DNA of 64,000 nt. It comes from Coleofasciculus sp. B1-GNL1-01 (GTDB lineage: Bacteria > Cyanobacteriota > Cyanobacteriia > Cyanobacteriales > Coleofasciculaceae). Position numbers and translations under genes: made by a program. Of the stretch, positions 8,951 through 18,800 are shown piece after piece (the first letter of the stretch is position 1; each line of letters starts with the position of its first letter). The stretch is taken from assembly GCA_040220235.1 (NCBI GenBank), contig JAVJTO010000055.1. One strand, given 5' to 3'. Under the pieces are notes generated by a model, which searched no databases, had not been told where the DNA came from, and saw nothing but the letters and a program-made list of their open reading frames with translations.

Positions 8951-9075
8951 TGCACTATCACCTCATTAACTGGATCATACACAATTATCAAGACCTGATA
9001 CCGTTGCAGGTGCAGTTTGAGTAAATTCGTATTGAAAAACGTTTGGTAAACATCAACTGGAACTGCCAAGTATAG
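8938..9075 (-). pseudogene. xisH: XisH 3' remnant
   Basis: manual translation LYLAVPVDVYQTFF...IIVYDPVNEVIVQWTR* overlapping the xisI start; N-terminal two-thirds missing. Confidence 0.8.
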
Positions 9076-9105
9076 GCTGATTCATAACCATTTAAAGAGT
9101 TGTTT

Positions 9106-9735
9106 TCAAGATTGAAGCCAACTTCGCAAGATATTAATTACCACTGGAGTAAAAGGTTCCATCTGACTCTGTTGGGGTTGTGATAGCTCATCGATTAACA
9201 TCTCTAAAAGTTCTTCATCCTCTAAGCCTTCATCGGGGTCTATACCATTTGTCCATAATAAAGCATTAGACAATTGCTTGCGTTTTTCGATCAAGGCACG
9301 GTTATGTTTTTCGTGATCTCCCAAGTTTAAGACTCGGATCGTATCGGTTGCCCGCTCGCTTAACCCTTCTACCCGACCACTAATTTTAAAGCGAAGTTCT
9401 GTTTCACATTCTATCATCAGAGGAGTTAGGGGTAGGGGTTGAGATTTATGAGCATCACCGCATTGATTAGAGGTATTACAACTGGCGACAATATTTGAAA
9501 AGTCAACTGTGCGTCTAGGATTCAATTTTTGAGCTTCTATATGCTCATTGTGGCAAGCATCAATATCTTGGATGCGCTGGCAACAATAGGCACAAAGGTA
9601 GAATTGTTCTGATAGAGCATATTGCCGAATAGTTCGGCGAATCTCTTCGGTTAACTGGTTGTAGCGTCCGTGAGGGTTTGCTCGTTTCCAAACTGTTAAG
9701 CTGGAGGGTTCAGTCCCTTTACTAATGGTTCGCAT
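9106..9735 (-). CDS. HNH endonuclease, PtuB/TIGR02646-like
   Basis: EQFYLCAYCC, HNEHIEAQ, FSNIVASC...CGDAHK, TIRVLNL; overlaps the ATPase stop by 14 bp. Confidence 0.85.
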   Translation of the reverse strand: MRTISKGTEPSSLTVWKRANPHGRYNQLTEEIRRTIRQYALSEQFYLCAYCCQRIQDIDACHNEHIEAQKLNPRRTVDFSNIVASCNTSNQCGDAHKSQPLPLTPLMIECETELRFKISGRVEGLSERATDTIRVLNLGDHEKHNRALIEKRKQLSNALLWTNGIDPDEGLEDEELLEMLIDELSQPQQSQMEPFTPVVINILRSWLQS

Positions 9736-11092
9736 GACGCAATTCTTGTTTACGGATCAGCAATTTTGCTTTGACCAATTCCAGATGATTTGCGGGTAGT
9801 TCCTCAGTTAATTTGGCGAGTCGTTGTTGAGCCTCGGTTAGCTTTGAATCTTGTATGGCATCCAGCAGATCGTTCAGTTCAGCATCAATTTTCTGATTAC
9901 GGATGCTGGTATCCATAACATCTAATAAGACCGTATTAGCATCTTGCCCATACTGAGAGGGCAATTGTCGCAATTCACCATTGGTTAAGGTGTAAACCAA
10001 AACATTTTTACAGTCACTGATCACCAGAGGTGAATGGGTAGTCAGCACAAACTGACAATTTGGGAACGTTGCGATTAGGCGATCGCACAGGCTGCGTTGC
10101 CAAGAGGGATGCAGGTGCAAATCGACTTCATCAATCAAGACGATACCATCTCCTGCTAGAGGATTCTCCAAAGCAGGGTTCAGCATGGCTAAACGGCGAG
10201 CAATATCACCAACCAGAGCCATGAGAGATTTTTCGCCTTGTGAAAGTTGGGCGACATTCAGGGTTTCACCGTTTTTATCAATCGCCATGTAGAGACGGGG
10301 TTTACGACGGACTCTCAGGTTGTCCATCTGGGGCATAAATCGGCGAATGGCGGTGCGAACTGCGGTTAATTGCCGATCTTTGGCTGAGGCATTGAGTTCG
10401 TTTAACCGTTGCCATGCGTCTGGATTGGTTTCCAATAGTGGTTTCAGTTGGTTGAGAACATCTTCAGGCATTGCTGATTCATTTTCGGTATCTTCCCGTT
10501 CCCGAAACCACTCAAAAAAGCGGCGAAAGTCAACCCCCTGACTTAAAGAGTTATCGTAACCATCGAGTTGCAAGAAGGTATGCTTTGTCCTAATTTTTAG
10601 GGGAATATCAAGTACAACGCGCTCGACAGGGTAAAACGCAATGATGGGCAGGCTAGTTTTGTGATCACGGGTAAGGGCATCACGGTAACGATTGGCTAAG
10701 CGAGTGCAGTCGTTGAGATGGCTAGTGTACCGGGCTTTACGTCCTGTTCTATTTTTGGCTAAAGTCCACTTGAAGTGATGCTGGATCTCGTTTTGATTCG
10801 GATTGTCTGATGTTCCAGAAGCATCACAAATTTCTATTTCAATACTGGCGGCGTTGGCGGTGTTAAGTATGGCATCTTCCGGGATAGGGTTACCACTACC
10901 CTTTTCTGTACGTAAACGAGCAGTAAACCAACTCAGGGAAATAGCTAAGGCTTTCAATACAGAGGTTTTACCCGCGCCGTTATTACCCACAAAGACAGTG
11001 ATGTTGCTGGGATTTTGCTCGGTGGGTGCTAAAGGAATTTCCAGGTTTTCAAATAGCCCAATGTTATTTAAGATAACCCGTTGGATTTCCAT
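9722..11092 (-). CDS. ABC/AAA ATPase, PtuA-like (Septu / retron-Ec78 effector type)
   Basis: GNNGAGKT, FFEWFRERED, QLSQGEKSLMALVGDIARRL, LIDEVDLHLHPSWQ, LTTHSP. Confidence 0.85.
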   Translation of the reverse strand: MEIQRVILNNIGLFENLEIPLAPTEQNPSNITVFVGNNGAGKTSVLKALAISLSWFTARLRTEKGSGNPIPEDAILNTANAASIEIEICDASGTSDNPNQNEIQHHFKWTLAKNRTGRKARYTSHLNDCTRLANRYRDALTRDHKTSLPIIAFYPVERVVLDIPLKIRTKHTFLQLDGYDNSLSQGVDFRRFFEWFREREDTENESAMPEDVLNQLKPLLETNPDAWQRLNELNASAKDRQLTAVRTAIRRFMPQMDNLRVRRKPRLYMAIDKNGETLNVAQLSQGEKSLMALVGDIARRLAMLNPALENPLAGDGIVLIDEVDLHLHPSWQRSLCDRLIATFPNCQFVLTTHSPLVISDCKNVLVYTLTNGELRQLPSQYGQDANTVLLDVMDTSIRNQKIDAELNDLLDAIQDSKLTEAQQRLAKLTEELPANHLELVKAKLLIRKQELRHANH

Positions 11093-11215
11093 AGCGGTAA
11101 CGTTCAAACCTCTGAGGTTTTCGACATTGACAACAGTACCTCAAACGGTACTTGAAGGCACTTACCCCTATTATGGTCTCAAAACAGTTGCACGTAGCCA
11201 GTTTCATCCCAGTCT

Positions 11216-11341
11216 CATGACTCGATTGAGTGATCGCACTCTTGTTTGAGGTGGAGAAGCAGTGATGAGTGTCAGGTTTCATCCTTCAACCCAACCGACA
11301 AGATCGCGCGATCGCATATTGGGTGCATGGGTATTGTTCAA
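11216..11341. repeat. Inter-cassette repeat R3 (contains both the R1 and R2 segments)
   Basis: manual alignment to 7718-7817 and 8547-8618. Confidence 0.9.
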
Positions 11342-11550
11342 CGGCGACGTGCCTTAAACCTGAGTGGGTCATCAGTACACTGCTCTTTTTGAAGCGCTCG
11401 TTTGGTTTTTATGCAAAAATACCGCTAGTTGTTGCAAAACTTTACAGGCTGGTGAGTGTGTAGCACGGACGTGAAACTCACTCGTGGCAAACAGTAAAAA
11501 GTTTGCCTTATCTAAGGGCGCTGTCAACGTAAGTAGTGTGTACAGGAGCA

Positions 11551-12408
11551 ATGGAATCAAACGTTTTAACCGCAATTTTTCTTCCCTTAGCCCTATTTAT
11601 CATTATGCTGGGTATGGGATTAGGGTTGACAGTTGATGATTTCAAGCGGGTACTGGTTGAACCATTAGCCGCAATTCTTGGACTCATTGCTCAGCTTATC
11701 ATGCTGCCCGCCGTAGGCTTTTTACTGGCTAGCCTTTTCCCGCTTTCTCCAGAATTGGCGGTTGGCGTAATGGTTTTAGCGGCTTGCCCTGGCGGACCCA
11801 CATCCAACCTGGTAACCTACTTAGTACAGGGTAACGTTGCCCTATCGATTACGCTGACGGCAATTAGCAGCGTGATTACAGTATTTACGATTCCTTTGGT
11901 CGTTAACCTAGCGATGCAGCGTTTTCTGGGGGAGGCTACTATCCTAGAGCTACCCTTCTTGACGACGGTCATTCAAATTGCTGTCATTACCCTGATTCCA
12001 GTGATATTAGGCATGGTAATTCACCACTACGCTCCTCGTTTTGCGGCTTATGTGGAAAAGTGGGTCAAGTGGCTCTCTCTATTCTTTTTAGCCCTAATTA
12101 TCGTGGGTTTGTTGGCAGCAGAACGCGCTAATGTTGCCAGCTTCTTCTTGAAAGTGGGCTGGGTTACCCTCGCTTTAAACATGAGTACAATGCTACTGGG
12201 GTTTGCACTCGCCACCTTGGCTAAGCTAGATATCCGCAGCGCCAAAGCCATTACGGTAGAAGTCGGTATTCAAAACGGTACTTTAGCCATTACCATTGCC
12301 AGCGCACCAACTCTTTTGAACACGCCAAGCATGGCTATTCCAGCCGCCATCTATAGCTTAATCATGTTCGCAACAAGTGCCGTCTTTGCTGGGTTAGCGC
12401 GACGTTGA
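11551..12408 (+). CDS. Bile acid:sodium symporter (BASS) family transporter
   Basis: IMLGMGLGL, ACPGGPTSN, GNVALSITLT, EVGIQNGTLA; hydrophobic helices. Confidence 0.9.
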   Translation: MESNVLTAIFLPLALFIIMLGMGLGLTVDDFKRVLVEPLAAILGLIAQLIMLPAVGFLLASLFPLSPELAVGVMVLAACPGGPTSNLVTYLVQGNVALSITLTAISSVITVFTIPLVVNLAMQRFLGEATILELPFLTTVIQIAVITLIPVILGMVIHHYAPRFAAYVEKWVKWLSLFFLALIIVGLLAAERANVASFFLKVGWVTLALNMSTMLLGFALATLAKLDIRSAKAITVEVGIQNGTLAITIASAPTLLNTPSMAIPAAIYSLIMFATSAVFAGLARR

Positions 12409-12410
12409 CA

Positions 12411-12468
12411 AGCAAGAGGAGGCGATTGAAATCGCTGCTACACAAACAAAGTCCGCCTGCGCGGACTG
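12411..12468. repeat. Dispersed REP-doublet-like repeat (also 42804-42862; related at about 19878 and 47203)
   Basis: agcaagaggaggcgattgaaatcgctgctacacaaac..gtccgcctgcgcggactg. Confidence 0.75.
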
Positions 12469-12560
12469 GGTAATAACGGGGGTAGCGTTCCCCGGATTTG
12501 GTATAAAGCGGCAACAAAGGAAGCCTACAACCGTACCCATAGGATCGGTGTAGGAGGACG

Positions 12561-13040
12561 TCACAGCTTCTTGAAGTATCTGGCAACTGGTAATAGCTCG
12601 AAACCTACCTTTTCATAGGTGTGACGGGCTGGGGCATGACCAGGATCGCCTCCAGTTTCAACCATAGCAATAGACATCCCAGCATCTTTCATCCAAGCCA
12701 GAGCAAATTCTATCAAAGCACTACCAATGCCGTGACCTTGAAAGTCTGGATCGACAGCAACCATGTAGATTTCACCCATGCTGTCCTCTGAGTGTAGTTT
12801 CACAGCTACAAAGCCCACAGTAGAATCGGCATCGATAGCAACCCATACATTCGTATCTTCCGCAGCACAGACATCCTCGACAGCTTTTTGCTGACTCACA
12901 CGCCAATGATTGGGATAGAATGCCTGGTACACATCAGCGTTCATCACGTTCTGAATCGAATCAAAGACCGGAGTCCATGCCCGAAGCGAAAGACGAATAA
13001 TAGCATCCAGGTGGCGAGGGTCGTATGGTTCAATTTGCAT
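12561..13040 (-). CDS. GNAT N-acetyltransferase
   Basis: MVAVDPDFQGHGIGSALI acetyl-CoA motif; ARHTYEKVGF. Confidence 0.9.
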   Translation of the reverse strand: MQIEPYDPRHLDAIIRLSLRAWTPVFDSIQNVMNADVYQAFYPNHWRVSQQKAVEDVCAAEDTNVWVAIDADSTVGFVAVKLHSEDSMGEIYMVAVDPDFQGHGIGSALIEFALAWMKDAGMSIAMVETGGDPGHAPARHTYEKVGFELLPVARYFKKL

Positions 13041-13289
13041 TCCCAGATGAACTCCAGTTAACTCTGCAAGCTTTATCGGTTATACTACAATATGCTACAA
13101 AATCGGATAGCTTGGCTTTGAATGTTTACCTAGCAGAAGCAACGGCTATTTCTTCCAAGGAAACTTGGTGCCCATCTCAGTTAGCGCCGAAAAGACGAGA
13201 TAAAGGATGAGTACACCAACGCTTAGGTTTAGGGGAAGCAATCAACTACAACCCATTACGTTAGGTATAACAAGAGGGAATATCAAACC

Positions 13290-13982
13290 GTGTCTATCTG
13301 GATTATTCGTCATGCTGAAAGTTGCTCTAATGCTGGGTCGCCAACCATCGGACCGCATGATAATGGCTTGAGTGAATTGGGCTACCGACAATCAAAATGT
13401 ATTCCAACCACCGTGAAACAGTCTCCAGACTTAATTGTGACTTCACCTTATCTGAGAACGCAACTCACGGCTCAGCCATTGATTGAACAATTTCCACATA
13501 CACCCATTGAGGTTTGGCAAATTCAGGAATTTACCTATCTAAGCCTACCGCTCGACCAACCAACCACACCTTTGATTCGCAAACCTCTGAGCAAAGCTTA
13601 TTGGGATCGCTGCGACCCTGAATATGTGGATGGAGCCAACGCTGAATCGTTGGTTCAACTGATGGAACGAGTCCGAAATGCTCTGAACCAGTTGCAACAA
13701 CAATCCGGTTTTGTGGTTGTCTTTTCACATGGATTCTTTATCAAAGCGATGCTGTGGCAGATTTTGGCTAACCCAACGGTAATTGATGCCGTTGCCATGC
13801 GTCGGCTTTTAGGATTTTCCCGAGGATTTCGAGTACCGAATGCATCAATTTTGCAGATGGAATTTGACTCAAGTGGGATACCTCACTGGAGTTCCTTCAT
13901 CACCAATCATCTGCCACCGGAGCTAGAATCGGCAACACCCGATGCAACAGTGGCGAGTGATGCAGGCGATCAACCTTCATGA
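13290..13982 (+). CDS. Histidine phosphatase family protein
   Basis: IIRHAES, LSELGYRQ, TSPYLRTQLT, QEF, FSHG. Confidence 0.85.
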   Translation: MSIWIIRHAESCSNAGSPTIGPHDNGLSELGYRQSKCIPTTVKQSPDLIVTSPYLRTQLTAQPLIEQFPHTPIEVWQIQEFTYLSLPLDQPTTPLIRKPLSKAYWDRCDPEYVDGANAESLVQLMERVRNALNQLQQQSGFVVVFSHGFFIKAMLWQILANPTVIDAVAMRRLLGFSRGFRVPNASILQMEFDSSGIPHWSSFITNHLPPELESATPDATVASDAGDQPS

Positions 13983-14055
13983 CCTATCTTTTAGGGGGGA
14001 AAGTAACCAAAGTGTTACCAAATGCCAAATAGATAACTTTGTCTAGAACAGTAGC

Positions 14056-14305
14056 TTGTAGTATATTGGTAGTACGACTCAACCCCTCATTGTTTCGTGA
14101 GCGATCGCTCAGACTTTGCCTCAGGCAAATCGTAGCACCGTTGCTTCCAGAGGGACAAGGCCGCATACATTACACCCCTTGGCGAAGGTATGTCAGAGCA
14201 AAGAGTCCAGAAGAAAAAAATGGCGACGATTCGTGAAGTCTACGATCGCATTCTCTGGGATGCACGTCTAGACCGCAGCGCCTTTGCGATCGGCTATATC
14301 GAGCG
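14056..14305 (+). pseudogene. 250-bp diverged duplicate of the upstream region and first ~39 codons of the MJ1316-PAP gene (copy of 15762-16011)
   Basis: about 233/250 identity; truncated ORF from ATG 14190, MSEQRVQKKKMATIREVYDRILWDARLDRSAFAIGYIER. Confidence 0.9.
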
Positions 14306-14310
14306 TATGT

Positions 14311-15690
14311 CTATTGAGCAAACTTATCCGTGGGTGTAATAACTATAGTTACTGATGACATTACTTCATAAGGTCTAGTGATTTCCTGGTAATTATCTTC
14401 ATGAAGTCTTATGTGTGTAATATCTGGAAATAATGCTGGTTCTATAGGATATAAAGCGTTTGGATTATGAAACATTACTATACTCTCTGACCATGTTTCT
14501 CGATATGATGGATGATCGATATCAATTGAGAAAGGAATTGGTTCAAATGCTTCTGGATCTGGATCGAAGAGCTTGCCAACTCTAATCATTTTGATAGCTT
14601 GACTACCAAGACCAGCAAGCTTTCCCATTCTATTGAACTTTGTAATAGTTGCACTATTGGTAAATAAAACTGCGCTGATGTTCTCGGTCTCTGGAAGTTT
14701 GAAAAAACCTGATGGGATTCTTTTTCCCTCATACTCATGAAAATCAATATCTTCTTTAACTATGCTGCTATTGCCGTTACTATCCTTTGTCAGTCTGATG
14801 CGTTTAGCATAGAGGTAGTCCGACAAAGCAGTTCTTGACCAAACCATTGATCCGGTCTGGTGATAATCATGTATCGCAATTACCAATGGCTTACCACGGA
14901 CATGTTCCTTTTCCCAATATTTCTTATTTAGCTTTGAGTAAAGAGGACTTCCAAACTTGATAGGCATATAATGCCTAAGCCGTTCGTCTAAATCTTCTTG
15001 ACTCGTTGGTTCTGGCAAGTCTTGTTTGTGTCTACTAGGATTGACGGTAACAGCCTCAATACAGATTATCTGATTAAATCGCTCTACAACATAATCAGGA
15101 GCGTTGAAAGAACGATCTATTTTAAAGCCCGACTCATGAAGATAAACATATAGAAAAATTTCCCAGAGTCTTGAATCAAAACCACTTGTTTGAAAGTCCC
15201 GAATAAAATTACCATCGGGATCAGTGAATGTATAAATAATCTCTTCAATTAGATTTCGAGCCGCCTCAAATCTAGGTTCTTCAACCAAGTAGCGGAAATA
15301 AGGATGTAGTTTTTCTGGTGCAACGATTTGTTTATAGATGTATTGAGGCGGACTATCCTCATCTCCTTGAGGATATTGTTCGTGCTCTTCCTGACTAAAC
15401 TCAGTTAACTTTTTTTCAAGCTCCTTGCGTGCATCTTCAATAGAATTAAAGCTAACTCCAGTGTAGATGCAACGGTAATTTTTGCGTGTGTCTCGACCAA
15501 AAATTACAAAATTCCAATCGTTATCAAACTTATCGATGAATATATTTGCAATAAGAATTTTTCGTTCGTCAGTGTACCACTCGACTTCCTTATTAATAGT
15601 AAAAGCCTCTGTTTCCGGCTTAATTCCTCTGACAAGCGGATCGCGAACATAGCACAGAGCATTAAAGTACTCTTGAGAGATAGGGTGCAT
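14311..15690 (-). CDS. AT-rich hypothetical protein with PD-(D/E)XK-like motif (family often auto-annotated 'glycosaminoglycan attachment protein')
   Basis: FQTSGFDSRLWEIFL, APDYVV...CIEAVTVN, KPLVIAIHD; 459-aa ORF. Confidence 0.6.
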   Translation of the reverse strand: MHPISQEYFNALCYVRDPLVRGIKPETEAFTINKEVEWYTDERKILIANIFIDKFDNDWNFVIFGRDTRKNYRCIYTGVSFNSIEDARKELEKKLTEFSQEEHEQYPQGDEDSPPQYIYKQIVAPEKLHPYFRYLVEEPRFEAARNLIEEIIYTFTDPDGNFIRDFQTSGFDSRLWEIFLYVYLHESGFKIDRSFNAPDYVVERFNQIICIEAVTVNPSRHKQDLPEPTSQEDLDERLRHYMPIKFGSPLYSKLNKKYWEKEHVRGKPLVIAIHDYHQTGSMVWSRTALSDYLYAKRIRLTKDSNGNSSIVKEDIDFHEYEGKRIPSGFFKLPETENISAVLFTNSATITKFNRMGKLAGLGSQAIKMIRVGKLFDPDPEAFEPIPFSIDIDHPSYRETWSESIVMFHNPNALYPIEPALFPDITHIRLHEDNYQEITRPYEVMSSVTIVITPTDKFAQ

Positions 15691-15895
15691 TGCAGAAACT
15701 CTAGAACCTTAAATTGCAATAAATTGGCTGACACTTAGCTTTTCGTGGCAACCAAATACTATTGTAGTATATTAGTAACACACCTGAACCCCTCATTGTT
15801 TCGTTAGCGATCGCTCAGACTTTGCCTCAGGCAAATCGTAGCACCGTTGCTTCCAGAGGGACAAGGCAGCATACATCACACCCCTTGGCGTAGCC

Positions 15896-18800
15896 ATGTC
15901 AGAGCAAAAAGTCCAGAAGAAAAAAATGGCGACGATTCGCGAGATCTACGATCGCATTCTCTGGGATGCACGTCTAGACCGCAGCGCCTTTGCCATCGGC
16001 TATATCGAGCGCAGGTCTGAAGAAGGTATCCGCGAAAAACCATTTACCTCTTGGTCAACCGATGGAGACATCCCATTGCATCGCATCCGCTATATACGCT
16101 GCGGGGAGGAAATCGTTTGGGATCGCGACCAGCACTTGGATCTGTTCTCGGCAGGACAACTGCCTGATGCTGCCTTTCTAGCGCATCCCCAAGAGGAGAC
16201 ACATTGGGCTACAGTCACACCTCCTGCACAAAGCCAACACCTACTATTCAAGCCACGATCGGCCTACCAGTACAGTTCACAAGGTTGGCAACCAACTGAC
16301 CAACCGTCAACAGAGACAACAATAGGTACGCTGACCATTGCCAGTTTTAACGTGCTGTGCGACAGCTACGAGCAGGAACGCATCCAGACAGCACAACGCC
16401 TGCCTGTGATTGTAGAACATCTGCGCCGATGCGATGCGGATATTATCGCGCTACAAGAAGCGACGCCACCCCTGCTAGACGTGTTGTTAAAACAGGATTG
16501 GGTACACTCTTACACCATTTCTGAATCACCCGAAGGACAAACTCTAAAGCCCTATGGTGTTTTGCTTCTATCGCGACTGCCGTTTACGCTGGTCGAGCAT
16601 CAGTATTCGGCGCACAAGCGGGTGCTGGTGGGAACCTGGCAGATTAACGGGCGATCGCTACATTTAGCCGTCGTGCATCTGACCAGCAATCGCGCCCGCA
16701 ATGCTCTTGAAGTCCGGGCAAATCAACGTTCTGTATTACTGGAGTATCTCAAGACGCTGCCAGGAGAGAGTTTCATTGTTGGAGATTTCAACAGCCGAGG
16801 GGATGAGCCAGAGGAGGAGTTGAGCCAAAGCGGTTTTGTCGATGTTTGGACGCTGCTGCATCCTGATGATCCAGGCTACACCTTTGACCCAGAACGTAAC
16901 CCGCTAGCCACATTGATGAGTTTGAACGGTGAGGCGGCGCGGTTTGATCGCATCTTACAGCGCAGTGAAGATGGGTGCTGGATGCCTCGTTCGATGGAGT
17001 TGTTTGCCTGCGAACCTGTAGCGGATACCCAAGGAACCCTTTACCCCTCCGATCATTTCGGCATCCGTGCCGTTTTGGATTACTCAACGCCCACAATAGC
17101 AGCGTTGCAGACAGTGCCGCCAGTCTATCGGAGTGCAGTTGTGGTGATTCCCTCGGCTGATGTGTTACCTGCGATTCAAGCAATTCGCCACCGATATGAT
17201 CGCAGGTTCCACCGTTGGATGCCGCACATCAATTTGCTGTATGGCTTTGTGCCAGAGGAGTATTTTGAAGAAGCAGCGCAAGCGATCGCACTTGCACTTG
17301 CCCAATGGCAACCCTTTGAGATAACGCTCACCAGCTTTGAGGCATTCAAGCACCGCTCTAGCTGTACGGCATGGTTGCGCCCCGTTGCCCAACCCCCAGA
17401 TGCACTCCATCAGTTGCAAGCCGTTCTCCAGCAGTTGTTCCTGCAGTGCGACGAGCAAAGCCAGAAGTCAGCAGCAGGGTTTACACCGCATCTGAGCGTC
17501 GGTCAGTTTCCCACTGCACAGGAAGCCAAAACCCAGCTTCCTTCCTGGCATCCAGTGAGTTTTCTCGTGAACTCCGTAGCCCTGATTAGCCGTCGCGGTG
17601 ATGAGCCGTTTGAGGTGCGATACAGGGTGCATTTAGGGCAAGAGAGCAAGGATTGTAGAGACGCGCCATGGCGCGTCTGGGAAGCTGGGGAAGAGACAAC
17701 TAACCTAATGCAGCGACTGAACCACCTCGAACCCGAGCTGAGTCAGGAGCAACGCCAGCATCGCGAAACCATTTTGGCATTAGTCGAGCAAGCTTGTGCC
17801 GAGTGTTTGGGTTTCCCGGTATCCCTGCATCGAGTAGGTTCGGCACGTTTGGGCGTGCAGAGTCCGCAAAGCGATTTAGATGTTCTTTGCCTGATTCCCG
17901 CGTATCTGTCTGGGGAGGCGTTTTTGGAAAGCGTGGGACAACGCTTGGAGGGATTATGCGATCGCGCCCAAGTCGTCTCATCTGCCAAGATACCTCTGTT
18001 AAGGATGGGATTTGAAGGCGTGTCTGTTGATCTCCTGTATGCCCGCTATCCTTCTGATCTAGGCACAGTTGAGCCGTTCACAGAGGCAGCACGACCCTTT
18101 TTTGATCCAGTGAGTTGGAAAGCACTGGTGGGTTGTTTGGAAGCTGATATCCTTACAGCTATAGTACGCCAGTCTGTACCGCTAGCGTCTTTCCGGCAGC
18201 TTTTGAGGGCAGTGCGGGCGTGGGCGAAGGCACGCCAGATTCACGGCAATGCTTGGGGGTTTCTGGGTAGCTTTTCCTGGGCATTGCTGGCGGCTTGGAG
18301 TTGCACTCGTTTTCCCGAAGCGGGTGCGGATACAGGGCTTGAGGCATTACTTGCTCATTTTTTCCAGGTACTCAACCAACAGGATTGGAGTCAGCCTGTA
18401 GCCTTGACCCCAGCAGGTAAACAATACCAGAAATTGCCCTATGACTGGCTACCTGTCATCACCTCCATTGAACCCTGTCAAAACAGCGCTCGTAATGTCA
18501 CGCGATCAACTGCCCAGATTTTGCGCCGCGAATTCGAGCGAGGGGCCGCTATTTCAGAGCAAGTGTTGGCTGGCAAAATAGGTTGGGACGCTCTTTTCGA
18601 GATAGCTGATTTACCGACGCAATCCGATTCGTTCTTGGTGCTGACGGCAACCTGTGACAACAACGATCGCTTGTCAGCTTGCTGCGGGTGGCTGGAAGGT
18701 CATGCGATCGGATTGGTCATCGCTCTGGAACAGCAACTCGATCTGTATGTTAGACCTTGGACTGGGATTCTGAAAGGGCAAAACAGGATTTGCGCGGTGT

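Noticed and set aside
11093..11215. Retron msr-msd upstream of the PtuA-like gene
   Set aside because: No RT gene, short interval, and no a1/a2 inverted repeats recognised
7718..11341. Classical integron (attC sites plus intI)
   Set aside because: No tyrosine recombinase in the window and no clear RYYYAAC/GTTRRRY-bounded palindromes; kept only as an integron-like analogy
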